A stretch of 52,419 nt of DNA from a virus (lineage: Duplodnaviria; Caudoviricetes). The stretch is from IMG/VR virus record IMGVR_UViG_3300017963_000068, positions 1 through 52,419 of that record; one strand, written 5' to 3'. The position numbers and the translations under genes are program-made. The notes beneath the pieces were generated by a model, which saw nothing but the letters and a program-made list of their open reading frames with translations, was not told the origin of the DNA and searched no databases. This document shows, piece after piece, positions 44,541 to 52,419 of this stretch (the stretch's first letter is position 1; each line of letters opens with the position of its first letter).

Positions 44541-45698
44541 CTATCCGCACGCGAACCAGAAATCGACGGCGGCCACCTTGTCCGCGCCGGTGGCCTGGCA
44601 CGTGAGCATTGCCACCACGGAGCCCGTTTGGCCGCCACCACCGGAGCCCCACGCGGACGGCCCGCAATAGTAGCCGTTACCCCAGATCGGCGTGGTGTTG
44701 CTCCCAATGGTCTGATCATAGAGGGTGGTTTCCCCGGCGCCCGTGGGGTAGTCCTGAAACGGACCGATCGCCGCGCTGAACACCTCGGAGATCGGGTTTT
44801 GCGCCGGGTTCCAGCGCGCCGTTTCGATCTTGAGGGAATTCAGCTCCCCGGCACAGCCCACGGCCATGAGGCGCGCGTTTGCGTTGCCACCGCACGCCGG
44901 AGGATGCCAGTAGCCCACCTCCGCGCCGGAGCCCGCGTCCGCCACCCACGGAAGCGTCCCCCCGATCATCCAGCTCGATCCGGACTTCGCGAACACGTCT
45001 TTTCCGAGGGCGCGGCAATGGATCCACTGACCCATGGGGACGCGGAAATCCCGAATCTGCGTTTTCGGATCGTAGTCCGTGGACTGGCCAACGGTTGTTT
45101 GAATCGCGGCCCAGCGGACATAGCCGGAGTCCGGCGCCGGAATTGATCCGCCCTCGGCGCCCTCCTTGCGACTCCAGGTCATCTGAACTTTGCGGCGCTT
45201 GTTCGGTGTGGTGGTGGACTTGGCGCGCGTGGTGGCGTCCTCGAAGTCCCGCGTTTCCGAATCGCCGTCGACCACCTCGAGCTTGTATTGGATCAGGTCC
45301 CAGCGCGCGGAGGTGGTGGGCGCTGTGATCACCTCGGCGAACGTGTCCGCCGGGACGTAGCACGCGAGGAGCTGGGGATCCTCGCCGTCGATCGTGGAGC
45401 CAACCCACTGGGCGAACACGCCGGCCATGTTCGTGTAACCGCGGGGCGTACCGTTCTGGTAGTCCACCCACGCGCCGCCGCGGCCGGTAAACGCTGTCCC
45501 GGTCCAGTCACCGATCAGCGTGGAAATCGTGCCAGGGCGCACCGCGGCCGTGGATCGATTGTCCCGCGCGCTGAGGATCTGGAGGTCGCCCAGCATGGAG
45601 TGGACGAACGCCTGGAGGTCGTTCCAGTCCGCCGGGTTGACGCCCTCGCCGTCATTGAACAGCAAGCGCTTGGGGGAGCTTCCGATAACCGTTGCCAC
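44541..45698 (-). CDS. Tail fibre-like protein
   Basis: 385 aa after the baseplate wedge genes; RWDLI and PAPDSGYVRWA baseplate-attachment-like motifs. Confidence 0.55.
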   Translation of the reverse strand: MATVIGSSPKRLLFNDGEGVNPADWNDLQAFVHSMLGDLQILSARDNRSTAAVRPGTISTLIGDWTGTAFTGRGGAWVDYQNGTPRGYTNMAGVFAQWVGSTIDGEDPQLLACYVPADTFAEVITAPTTSARWDLIQYKLEVVDGDSETRDFEDATTRAKSTTTPNKRRKVQMTWSRKEGAEGGSIPAPDSGYVRWAAIQTTVGQSTDYDPKTQIRDFRVPMGQWIHCRALGKDVFAKSGSSWMIGGTLPWVADAGSGAEVGYWHPPACGGNANARLMAVGCAGELNSLKIETARWNPAQNPISEVFSAAIGPFQDYPTGAGETTLYDQTIGSNTTPIWGNGYYCGPSAWGSGGGGQTGSVVAMLTCQATGADKVAAVDFWFACG

Positions 45699-45707
45699 GT
45701 GTGCCTC

Positions 45708-46601
45708 CTATGGGGATTGACGATACTCCACCAGGACGCGGATCCCCGCGCCCTTTTTCTGGCGAAGTGCCTCCGTCACGGCCGCGGCGGTGGCCGCCGT
45801 TGGGTGAATGGCCCCGGTCCCGTAGGGAATGATCACCACGATCGTGGGATACTGTGTCCCCATTCGGTAGCCTCGGCCGTAGAACGCGCGGGCGTAGCCG
45901 TCCGCCAGGTTGAGATCCTGATCGAGCTTCTGGGCGGTCCAGCTCACGCCCGGATCGGTGGAGCTTGCGCCCGGTGTATTCACGTATGCGGCGGCGTTGC
46001 CCTCGATCCCCTTCACCTCGAACGTGCCATCATTGGCCGGATTCGAGGCCCCGGAGAACACCAGTTGCCACCCGTAGCCCGGAAAATCGATCTCGAACGG
46101 AGGGCGATCCCACGGAAGCGTGTCCGGTAGGAACGTCATCGCATGGGCGCCGGACTTTGTGAACACGCCACCCGTTCCGCTCATGCTCGTGAACGTGCCG
46201 AGGAAACCGCGATCGCGTTTCAGCTCCACCATGGCCACGCCCCCGAGGATGCCCTCGGCGTCGACCGTGGCCTGGGCCACGGCGATCAGTTCGTCCCGCG
46301 TCACCGCGTCCTCATACGATTGCAAGCGCGCGCGGAGGGCCGCGTCCGATTCCCCGGACACGCGGGACGTTCCCCGATCCCTCGCGTGCTGATCGAGCCA
46401 GTCCGGATCGCTCCCCACCGGCCCGGTGGCGTCCCCGATCAGCGTGTGGGTGAACCAATCCTCTAGCTGGGCACGCGCGGCGCCGATCATCTTGGCGAGC
46501 ATTCCCAGATCCTCGAGCTGGCGCGCGTCATCGTGAAACCACGTTGGCAACGCGGCCAGGGCGAAGTCTAGGAACTCTTGCTCCTCGGCGGTGAGCGCCA
46601 C
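45708..46601 (-). CDS. Baseplate wedge protein (gpI / tail-P2-I-like)
   Basis: ATG..DWLDQHARDRGTSRVSGESDAALRARL motif; follows baseplate J. Confidence 0.7.
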   Translation of the reverse strand: MALTAEEQEFLDFALAALPTWFHDDARQLEDLGMLAKMIGAARAQLEDWFTHTLIGDATGPVGSDPDWLDQHARDRGTSRVSGESDAALRARLQSYEDAVTRDELIAVAQATVDAEGILGGVAMVELKRDRGFLGTFTSMSGTGGVFTKSGAHAMTFLPDTLPWDRPPFEIDFPGYGWQLVFSGASNPANDGTFEVKGIEGNAAAYVNTPGASSTDPGVSWTAQKLDQDLNLADGYARAFYGRGYRMGTQYPTIVVIIPYGTGAIHPTAATAAAVTEALRQKKGAGIRVLVEYRQSP

Positions 46602-46603
46602 GG

Positions 46604-47722
46604 TTATGCCTCCACGATCGTAAGTGTACCAGCCCGGATCACCTCATCGGCCGCCGGAACGATGTCCGCGATCGACGCCGGCGAGCCCCCGACCGTGATC
46701 GCCGTGAACGTCACCTCCCAGATGTCATCCGGGTAAACGCCGATGATCGCGGCCGTGATCATGTCCAGGTAGCAGGTTTCCCCGGCCTTGAGCTTGGCCA
46801 TGCGGGCCGCCGCGGCGTCCTCCAGCTCCGTGGCGTGTGCCACCACGTCAAATCCGGCCCGGACGATCAGCTCCGCGGTGAATTCAACCTCCAGCGGATC
46901 GCCCCCGAGGACGGTAACCACCACGCCGGCACAGCGCCAGTTCTCCAGCTCCTCCTCCACGTCCGCGATCATCTCCGCGGTGGAGTTGCCGTCCTGATCC
47001 GTCACGCGCACCGTGACAAGCCCCTGGCCGTCCTCGGTGGCCGAGGCCACCCGCACGGAGTCAACCTGGAGGGCGCCATACTCGAGCGCGGCGAGGGTTC
47101 CACGCCGGAGCGTGCTCCAAAAGTCGCGCGCGCGGCGCCGTAGCTCCTCGTCCGATTCCTCATCGTTGCCGCCGCCGGCGCTCGCGGCATTCGTGACCGT
47201 GAACGTGGAATCGAAGCTCGGAACGTCAATGATCCGGATGATCGTGGCCGCGGCCACGTTGCCGTCCGTGCCGGGATCCACGGCGGTGGCCGATACCGTG
47301 AGCGGTCCCAGGACGCCGAGGCCGAAAACCAGATTCGTGTCCGTGAGAAATTGGATCTCGTTTCCCTCGGCGTCGAATTGCGTGGCAACCGTGGTCCCGG
47401 AGGGAATGGTCCCGGCGGGCTCCCCGCCCCCCTGGGAGGGCCTGGCAAAGCTCAAGGTGACTTGCGCGGGCGTTGCGGGTTGGCGCTGGATCCCCAGGTG
47501 ATCGTCCACCAGGGCCGTGAGCGCGTCCCCTCGCGCGCCGTCGATAAAGGTTTCCTTGAACGCCTGGGCGGCCATTCGGATGCAAGCGTCCGCCATGGCG
47601 GCGCCGCCGTGGAGCTGGGCCAGCGACACGTCCCCGTCATAGAACATGAGATCGGCGCGGCGCGCTTGCGCCTCGGCGAGGCCCTGGGCCAGGAGATCAT
47701 CGAAGCTCGGAGCGGTTGGCAT
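46604..47722 (-). CDS. Baseplate J-like protein
   Basis: ARGDALTALV, GIQRQPATPA, GNVAAATI and GGNDEESDEELRRR motifs. Confidence 0.92.
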   Translation of the reverse strand: MPTAPSFDDLLAQGLAEAQARRADLMFYDGDVSLAQLHGGAAMADACIRMAAQAFKETFIDGARGDALTALVDDHLGIQRQPATPAQVTLSFARPSQGGGEPAGTIPSGTTVATQFDAEGNEIQFLTDTNLVFGLGVLGPLTVSATAVDPGTDGNVAAATIIRIIDVPSFDSTFTVTNAASAGGGNDEESDEELRRRARDFWSTLRRGTLAALEYGALQVDSVRVASATEDGQGLVTVRVTDQDGNSTAEMIADVEEELENWRCAGVVVTVLGGDPLEVEFTAELIVRAGFDVVAHATELEDAAAARMAKLKAGETCYLDMITAAIIGVYPDDIWEVTFTAITVGGSPASIADIVPAADEVIRAGTLTIVEA

Positions 47723-47724
47723 GG

Positions 47725-48204
47725 TTAGGACACCTCCACGGACGCGCGCACCATTTCAGTTTGACGCGATCGCCCCTTGGCAAGGATCCACACACTGATC
47801 GTGAGCTGATCGGGTGTGGCGTCATCGATCACAACGCCGGCCACGTCCTCCACGCGCGGATCCTGGACGAGCTGGCCGCGGATTCGCTCGATCAGTTCGT
47901 CCATGGCCGCGCGCGTGCGCCGTGCCTTCACGAATGAGCGAGCGCCCACGCCGTAGTTCGGCAACGTGGCCCACTCGCCCGGATCGGTGAGGATCCTCCG
48001 GTTGATCGCCTGGCGAAGCGCCACAGCGCCGGAGGCCAGGAGCCAGTCCCCGGAGGGCGTCACCTCGAGGTTCGCGGCACCGTCGCGCACGTCAAGCCAA
48101 ATATCTTTCCCCCAAAGGCGATCGTATTGCGAGGCCCGCTCGGCCGCCCCAATTCCTTGGGAGCCGAGGGTGACGCCTGGGAGTGTCCAGCTATATCCGC
48201 TCAT
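47725..48204 (-). CDS. gp25 / gpW-like baseplate wedge protein
   Basis: LRQAINRRILTDPGEWATLPNYGVG and QDPRVEDV motifs. Confidence 0.85.
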   Translation of the reverse strand: MSGYSWTLPGVTLGSQGIGAAERASQYDRLWGKDIWLDVRDGAANLEVTPSGDWLLASGAVALRQAINRRILTDPGEWATLPNYGVGARSFVKARRTRAAMDELIERIRGQLVQDPRVEDVAGVVIDDATPDQLTISVWILAKGRSRQTEMVRASVEVS

Positions 48205-48216
48205 GGGGTCCGCCTA

Positions 48217-49425
48217 TCAGGATGGTACGGGAAAACCGTTCTCGAGGTTGCCGTGGGCGTCCACCGCGTAACACCACAGCTCGGCGAGGTGGTTAGGCCA
48301 CCCGGTCCTGGGGAGGATCTTGAAATGCCACCCGTCCGTGATCGTGGTCCGCTCGGACTCCGTGGAATCAAACGGGTAGCGAAAATTCGCGCCATCGTGG
48401 ACAACATACACGCGATCGTCCGCGTAGTAACGGAGCGTGATGATCACGAGCTTGAGGCCCGGCCCGAGGTCCGTCACGTCGAATTCGATCGGCGTGTGGA
48501 CGGCCGTTTCCCGATCCCCGGGGATCTGTCCCGGTGTGGGCGTAAGATTCGAGATCACCGGCGGAACGTCATCTCTCGAGGCGCCGATCAGAACCACGTC
48601 ACCCGCGAACGCTCGGAACTTCGAGCCCTCGGCGGTGAACCAGTCCGCCCAGTCCTCGGCCGTGATCCGCACGTCCGAAAAGCTCGCATAGGGGGAGTGA
48701 GTCGCCGGCGACACCTGATAGTTGCCCAGATCGTATTCGTTGGCGCTCCAATCCGTCCCGTAGTCCGAGGGCGGTTCCATGGGCCAATAGGCGGCCATCC
48801 CCTCGCGGCCCCCGGCCATGGTTGCACGCCACGCCTCGAGCGAGGTGGAGGACAGCGCCTCGCCCCAAAAGTGAACGTCATCGATGTTTCCGTCGAAATT
48901 CTCCCCGGAAAATCCGTTGTCCTCGATCCCCCCCATGCGAACCTGGGCCGTGTTCGCCTGGAGGTTGTTCACGTCCGCCACGCTGATCGTGGAGCCAAGC
49001 GCGGTTCCGTCCACCAGGAGATCGATATCCCGGTTCGCCCCGTTGATCGCGAGGGTGGCGGCGATCCGATACCACGTGCCGGTCCCCGGGCTCCACGCCT
49101 GGGAGCTTTTGTGCTCCGCGCTCGTGGTGCGCCACCACAAGGATAGATAGTTCGCGCCGGAGATTCGCTCCACCACCAGGCCCCAGCTTTTCGCCGGGCC
49201 AGCGCCTCCCCAGCGCGTGAGGATCGGCCACACCTGGCCGTCCGAGGTGGGCACGCTCGCGAATCGCGCCGAGGCAATGATCGACAGATCGGCAACCGGC
49301 GCCAGGTTCGGCGCGCTGGCAATGTAGAAGTAGCTCCCCGAGGAGCGATAGAAGCGCGCGGAGCCCCGGTTCAACTCCGTGCCGCCCGGAATGGTCTGGA
49401 TCGCCTCGCCAGCATAGGCCGTCAT
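48217..49425 (-). CDS. LamG / concanavalin A-like domain virion protein
   Basis: WYRIAAT, LLVDG and FDGNIDDVHFWGEALS LamG pattern, plus a C-terminal Ig-like region. Confidence 0.75.
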   Translation of the reverse strand: MTAYAGEAIQTIPGGTELNRGSARFYRSSGSYFYIASAPNLAPVADLSIIASARFASVPTSDGQVWPILTRWGGAGPAKSWGLVVERISGANYLSLWWRTTSAEHKSSQAWSPGTGTWYRIAATLAINGANRDIDLLVDGTALGSTISVADVNNLQANTAQVRMGGIEDNGFSGENFDGNIDDVHFWGEALSSTSLEAWRATMAGGREGMAAYWPMEPPSDYGTDWSANEYDLGNYQVSPATHSPYASFSDVRITAEDWADWFTAEGSKFRAFAGDVVLIGASRDDVPPVISNLTPTPGQIPGDRETAVHTPIEFDVTDLGPGLKLVIITLRYYADDRVYVVHDGANFRYPFDSTESERTTITDGWHFKILPRTGWPNHLAELWCYAVDAHGNLENGFPVPS

Positions 49426-49434
49426 CGCTCCACC

Positions 49435-50415
49435 TCACTCCGCGGTCACGAGTAGCGGGTTTCCGGTCCACGGGAAAGCGTAGTTCCCGAATACCATCCA
49501 TGTGTAGCCCGGATTCGTGGGATCCAGCTCGATACTATCCCCGGTCACGAATCCGCTGGAAACCTGATAGACATCGGGGAGGCGTCCGAACACGCCGTAA
49601 CCGCCCACGGTATTGCCGATCGCGGCGAGCGGGAACATTTGCCAGCGCCCGGAGATTTCGTTGACGGATATGGCGTTTTCCATGGCCATGTAGGAGTCCC
49701 ACACGTCACAGCCGATCACCGCTGAGAATGGGGAGTCCCCGCCGCTGGCCTTGAACCCTTGCCAGTTCTCCGTTTCCTGCCAGTTGAAACCGTAGCCATC
49801 TTCCGCGCGCGGCCATCCGTATCCGGTTCCATTGGCCGGGTTGCAGTAGCCCAGCCACGGAAGCGCCCACCCGCTCGCGGCGTCCTCGAACTTGTTAACC
49901 GCGATGCACCATTCACACTTGTTCGATCCCGTGCGGAGGGGGAGGAAAATATCGAACTTGCCATCGGTCGAATGGATCGCGTTGACGCGGCAATCCAGGC
50001 CGGAGCTACTGTTCCAGTACGAATAACCGCTATTCAAAAGCGTGGAATAGTTCGCGCCCGTGAGCGGTGGCGAGCCCACGGCGCCACCGGAGAATGATCC
50101 GTCCGGCGAAAGGTAAACAGTCGCATCGCTGGCGGCGTCGTACCAATAACAGAGCTGGACGCCGAACACGTTTTCCGCTACGAACCAGGACTCCGGATAG
50201 TCGACGTCAAGGTAGCTACTCCAGCCCGGCCCTGGCCAGCCCGCGGAGGACGTGTTCGCGCTTGCGACGATCGCCCATGGGTTGGAAGTCCAGCCCGTGA
50301 GGAGGCTATAGAGCGCGAACGCCAGGCGCTTGCGATCGGTCACGCCGGATCCGCTGGTGGGATACCATGCGTTCTCGATCCATTCGTAGGAGCGCTCCAA
50401 TTCGGGGAGTGGCAT
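49435..50415 (-). CDS. Aromatic-rich putative receptor-binding / tail protein (paralog of 50425..51369)
   Basis: 326 aa, Trp/Tyr/Gly/Ser-rich; shared N- and C-terminal motifs. Confidence 0.55.
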   Translation of the reverse strand: MPLPELERSYEWIENAWYPTSGSGVTDRKRLAFALYSLLTGWTSNPWAIVASANTSSAGWPGPGWSSYLDVDYPESWFVAENVFGVQLCYWYDAASDATVYLSPDGSFSGGAVGSPPLTGANYSTLLNSGYSYWNSSSGLDCRVNAIHSTDGKFDIFLPLRTGSNKCEWCIAVNKFEDAASGWALPWLGYCNPANGTGYGWPRAEDGYGFNWQETENWQGFKASGGDSPFSAVIGCDVWDSYMAMENAISVNEISGRWQMFPLAAIGNTVGGYGVFGRLPDVYQVSSGFVTGDSIELDPTNPGYTWMVFGNYAFPWTGNPLLVTAE

Positions 50416-50424
50416 CGGTTCACC

Positions 50425-51369
50425 TCAGATCGTGACTAGCTCGGTTTCCACGCCGTCCCACGGTAGGGCAAGCGCCTGGATTTGGATCCACTTGAACTCG
50501 GGATGATCCACGTCCTCCTCGAGAAAAGCACCGGTCGGATAGGCTTGATTATTCGCCCAGAACACGTCGACAAGTCGCCCATGCCACCCGCGCGCGCCGG
50601 CATCCTTCGAGGCGAGCCCGATCCGCGGGAACGGAGAACGGCCGGAGAACGAATTGACGGCCTGATTATTGTAGGCGGACACCACGGAGCGATTGATCCC
50701 CAGGCCGGTGCCGTGCGCCGTGTACCACGTTCCGCCGTAGGAGAACCGGAACGGGGAGCCCACGTTCAGCGTGCTATAGGTCAAATTGTTGTTCACGCCA
50801 TTGTAGAGATAGAAACGCCCGCCCTCCCAGTTCTCCACGGCGTTCGCCAGGCGCCCGAACATTAGGATCCCGTATTGGTTGTTTCCGAGATACGGGATCA
50901 TGATTTCGCAGTCACCATCGATCGAATGCCAGTATTGCATGACGCAATCGACGGCCCAGGTTTGCGTCCCGAAAAGATAGGTATCCCAGATCGTCCGCTG
51001 ATCGGTTGCCGTTGGCGGCGTGTTCAGGCCGCCGCCGGTGAACAGTCCGCCAGGTGAGAAGTAGAGGCGGGACACGTAGGAGGTCGTGGTCCTGGTGATC
51101 ATCACCTGGCCGCCACCGTTCAGGTTGAGAACGATCCATGGATTGTTGTTCGAGGGGAACGTGGGCGATGTCCAGTAGTCCGTCCCCCAGCCCCAGCTCG
51201 CGGAGGCGTCACTCGAGCCGGCCACCGTGGCGCCGCCAACGGTCCAGCCCTTCCACGTTTCTTTCCAGTCGTAAAGCGTTGCGTTATACATTTCGGCCGA
51301 TCCGCCCGGATAGGTGATCCGGTGGTTCAGCTCGAATTCCCAGGACTTCTCCAGTACGGGCAACGCCAT
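50425..51369 (-). CDS. Aromatic-rich putative receptor-binding / tail protein (paralog of 49435..50415)
   Basis: 314 aa from ATG 51369 (GAGGA RBS). Confidence 0.55.
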   Translation of the reverse strand: MALPVLEKSWEFELNHRITYPGGSAEMYNATLYDWKETWKGWTVGGATVAGSSDASASWGWGTDYWTSPTFPSNNNPWIVLNLNGGGQVMITRTTTSYVSRLYFSPGGLFTGGGLNTPPTATDQRTIWDTYLFGTQTWAVDCVMQYWHSIDGDCEIMIPYLGNNQYGILMFGRLANAVENWEGGRFYLYNGVNNNLTYSTLNVGSPFRFSYGGTWYTAHGTGLGINRSVVSAYNNQAVNSFSGRSPFPRIGLASKDAGARGWHGRLVDVFWANNQAYPTGAFLEEDVDHPEFKWIQIQALALPWDGVETELVTI

Positions 51370-51376
51370 GGTGTCC

Positions 51377-51862
51377 TCACGTGATCGCGTAGGGTGTCGC
51401 GCCGATCGTCGCGGTCCCTTGGTTGTCGGTTGCAGGGTGGAGAACGTCCGCCAGCTCGGCCGCGGCCTCCTCGAGGGTGGCGAACGCGGCCGTGTTCGCA
51501 TCGAACGCGGCGGCCAGCGCCGTAGGGACGGCCACGAAGCTGGGGGGTGTAATCGCCGTGGCCCCGGCAAAAAAGAGCGCTGGCGCGGCAACCATGGCGC
51601 CCCAGAACGCTAGGAGCCCGGTTTTCACAACGGTGGCGCCGGCGCTCGAGCTGGCGCCCGGCGTGAACGTCATCGCCGCGGCCATTGCCGGGACGGCGAG
51701 CGCGTCCACCTGGGCGGTGACGATCAGGACGGCGCCGGCCTGGGCGCGATCTTTCATATAAGCGCCATAGGCCGCCGCCAGGGCCGCCTCGCCCTCGCCC
51801 GCCGTGAGGGTGGGCGTCATGCTTTCCAGCGCCGTGGCCAGCTTGGACTTGCTCAGGCTCAT
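51377..51862 (-). CDS. Ala-rich protein downstream of the spike gene
   Basis: 161 aa, TAATG-coupled to gpV. Confidence 0.55.
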   Translation of the reverse strand: MSLSKSKLATALESMTPTLTAGEGEAALAAAYGAYMKDRAQAGAVLIVTAQVDALAVPAMAAAMTFTPGASSSAGATVVKTGLLAFWGAMVAAPALFFAGATAITPPSFVAVPTALAAAFDANTAAFATLEEAAAELADVLHPATDNQGTATIGATPYAIT

Positions 51863-52419
51863 TATTTCACCTTCACCACCTGAGAATAGCTCGAGGCCAG
51901 CGCGGCGTTATCCGCCACGGTCGACGGCCCGGTGCCGGTGCCATGCTTGTGGGCCTCGTAAGCGGACTTGAGGACCACCTGATCTGTGCCCCCGGAGCCG
52001 TCATGGATCAACACCTCCTGATCCACGATGATCGTTCGCCCGGCCGCCGGCCCCTCGCCTCCTCCGTTCGGGATGTCACCCGAGGACAGGACGGCCACGA
52101 TCGACGGCATGAACGCCAGCTCCCCGCCGGGGAGAACCACGATCACCTCGGAGCCCACCTCCGGCACGCTCCACAGCCCTCGAGCTGGTCCGCCGAATGG
52201 GGAGCCGAGGCGGCACGTCACGTCGACGCCCTCCGGTTGGAATTCCACGTCCACCAGGATGTCCACCAGCTTGCCGTCCTCCTCCACCAGCTCGTGATGG
52301 GAGGACTCGCCCTCCGGCACGGCCACCACGCCCACGGCCGCCCACAGCTTGCGCGGCCCGGACGCCTCGAGGGCGCGGACCAGGGGGGCGAGGTTCAGGC
52401 GCTTGGTAGCGTGGCGCCG
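51862..52419 (-). CDS. Baseplate spike protein (gpV-like), 3' part; about 193 aa in total with the start at 147
   Basis: GLWSVPEVGSEVIV OB-fold motif and C-terminal HKH (HxH metal-binding apex) motif. Confidence 0.85.
   Translation of the reverse strand, partial: RRHATKRLNLAPLVRALEASGPRKLWAAVGVVAVPEGESSHHELVEEDGKLVDILVDVEFQPEGVDVTCRLGSPFGGPARGLWSVPEVGSEVIVVLPGGELAFMPSIVAVLSSGDIPNGGGEGPAAGRTIIVDQEVLIHDGSGGTDQVVLKSAYEAHKHGTGTGPSTVADNAALASSYSQVVKVK
52297..52419. repeat. Terminal direct repeat, right copy
   Basis: Identical to bases 1-123. Confidence 0.97.

Noticed and set aside
49435-51369. Diversity-generating retroelement acting on the paralogous tail genes
   Set aside because: No reverse transcriptase and no near-identical template/variable repeat pair differing at adenines were seen.
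7495-51591. Long N-terminal extensions in the ORF track (e.g. starts at 8319, 18192, 22743, 29754, 34119, 38182, 41307, 51591)
   Set aside because: They overlap upstream genes; downstream starts with RBS or stop-start coupling fit better.
750-52409. Numerous long plus-strand ORFs (e.g. 750..1742, 10447..11532, 15251..16381, 23095..24165, 44028..45146)
   Set aside because: They are antisense shadows of convincing minus-strand genes, expected at this GC content, and show no recognisable motifs or RBS.
1-52419. Extracellular contractile injection system or tailocin interpretation; tRNA, rRNA or IS elements
   Set aside because: Terminase, portal, capsid and replication genes make it a true phage; no cloverleaf, rRNA or transposase signatures were noticed (not computationally scanned).

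Overview
The window is an apparently complete, circularly assembled genome (about 52,296 bp unique; bases 1-123 repeat exactly at 52297-52419) of a high-GC (roughly 68-70% by eye) contractile-tailed phage (myovirus morphotype). Every credible gene lies on the minus strand. In transcription order: recombination pair (YqaJ-type exonuclease plus probable annealing protein), a terminator and sigma70-type promoter driving a stand-alone ScoMcrA-head-domain protein and a TGT/DpdA-like base-exchange fusion protein, HTH regulator, replication initiator with DnaC-like loader, DNA methyltransferase, RusA, many small accessory genes, TerS/TerL, portal, a MuF head protein with a C-terminal HExxH metallopeptidase, scaffold, major capsid, neck, sheath, tube, chaperone with a -1 frameshift, tape measure, baseplate, several paralogous tail-accessory proteins and a spanin-holin-M23 endolysin cassette (implying a diderm host). 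No integrase, DNA polymerase, helicase, tRNA, CRISPR array or reverse transcriptase was recognised. Highlights: the promoter-led ScoMcrA-head + DpdA-like operon with no que genes, strong GATC/TCGA enrichment with CTGC/GCAG avoidance, a three-palindrome six-GATC array just upstream of the portal, an 11-copy GACACAGGAG leader motif, and a MuF-protease/candidate-immunity pair. All functional calls come from motif recognition and synteny without database searches.
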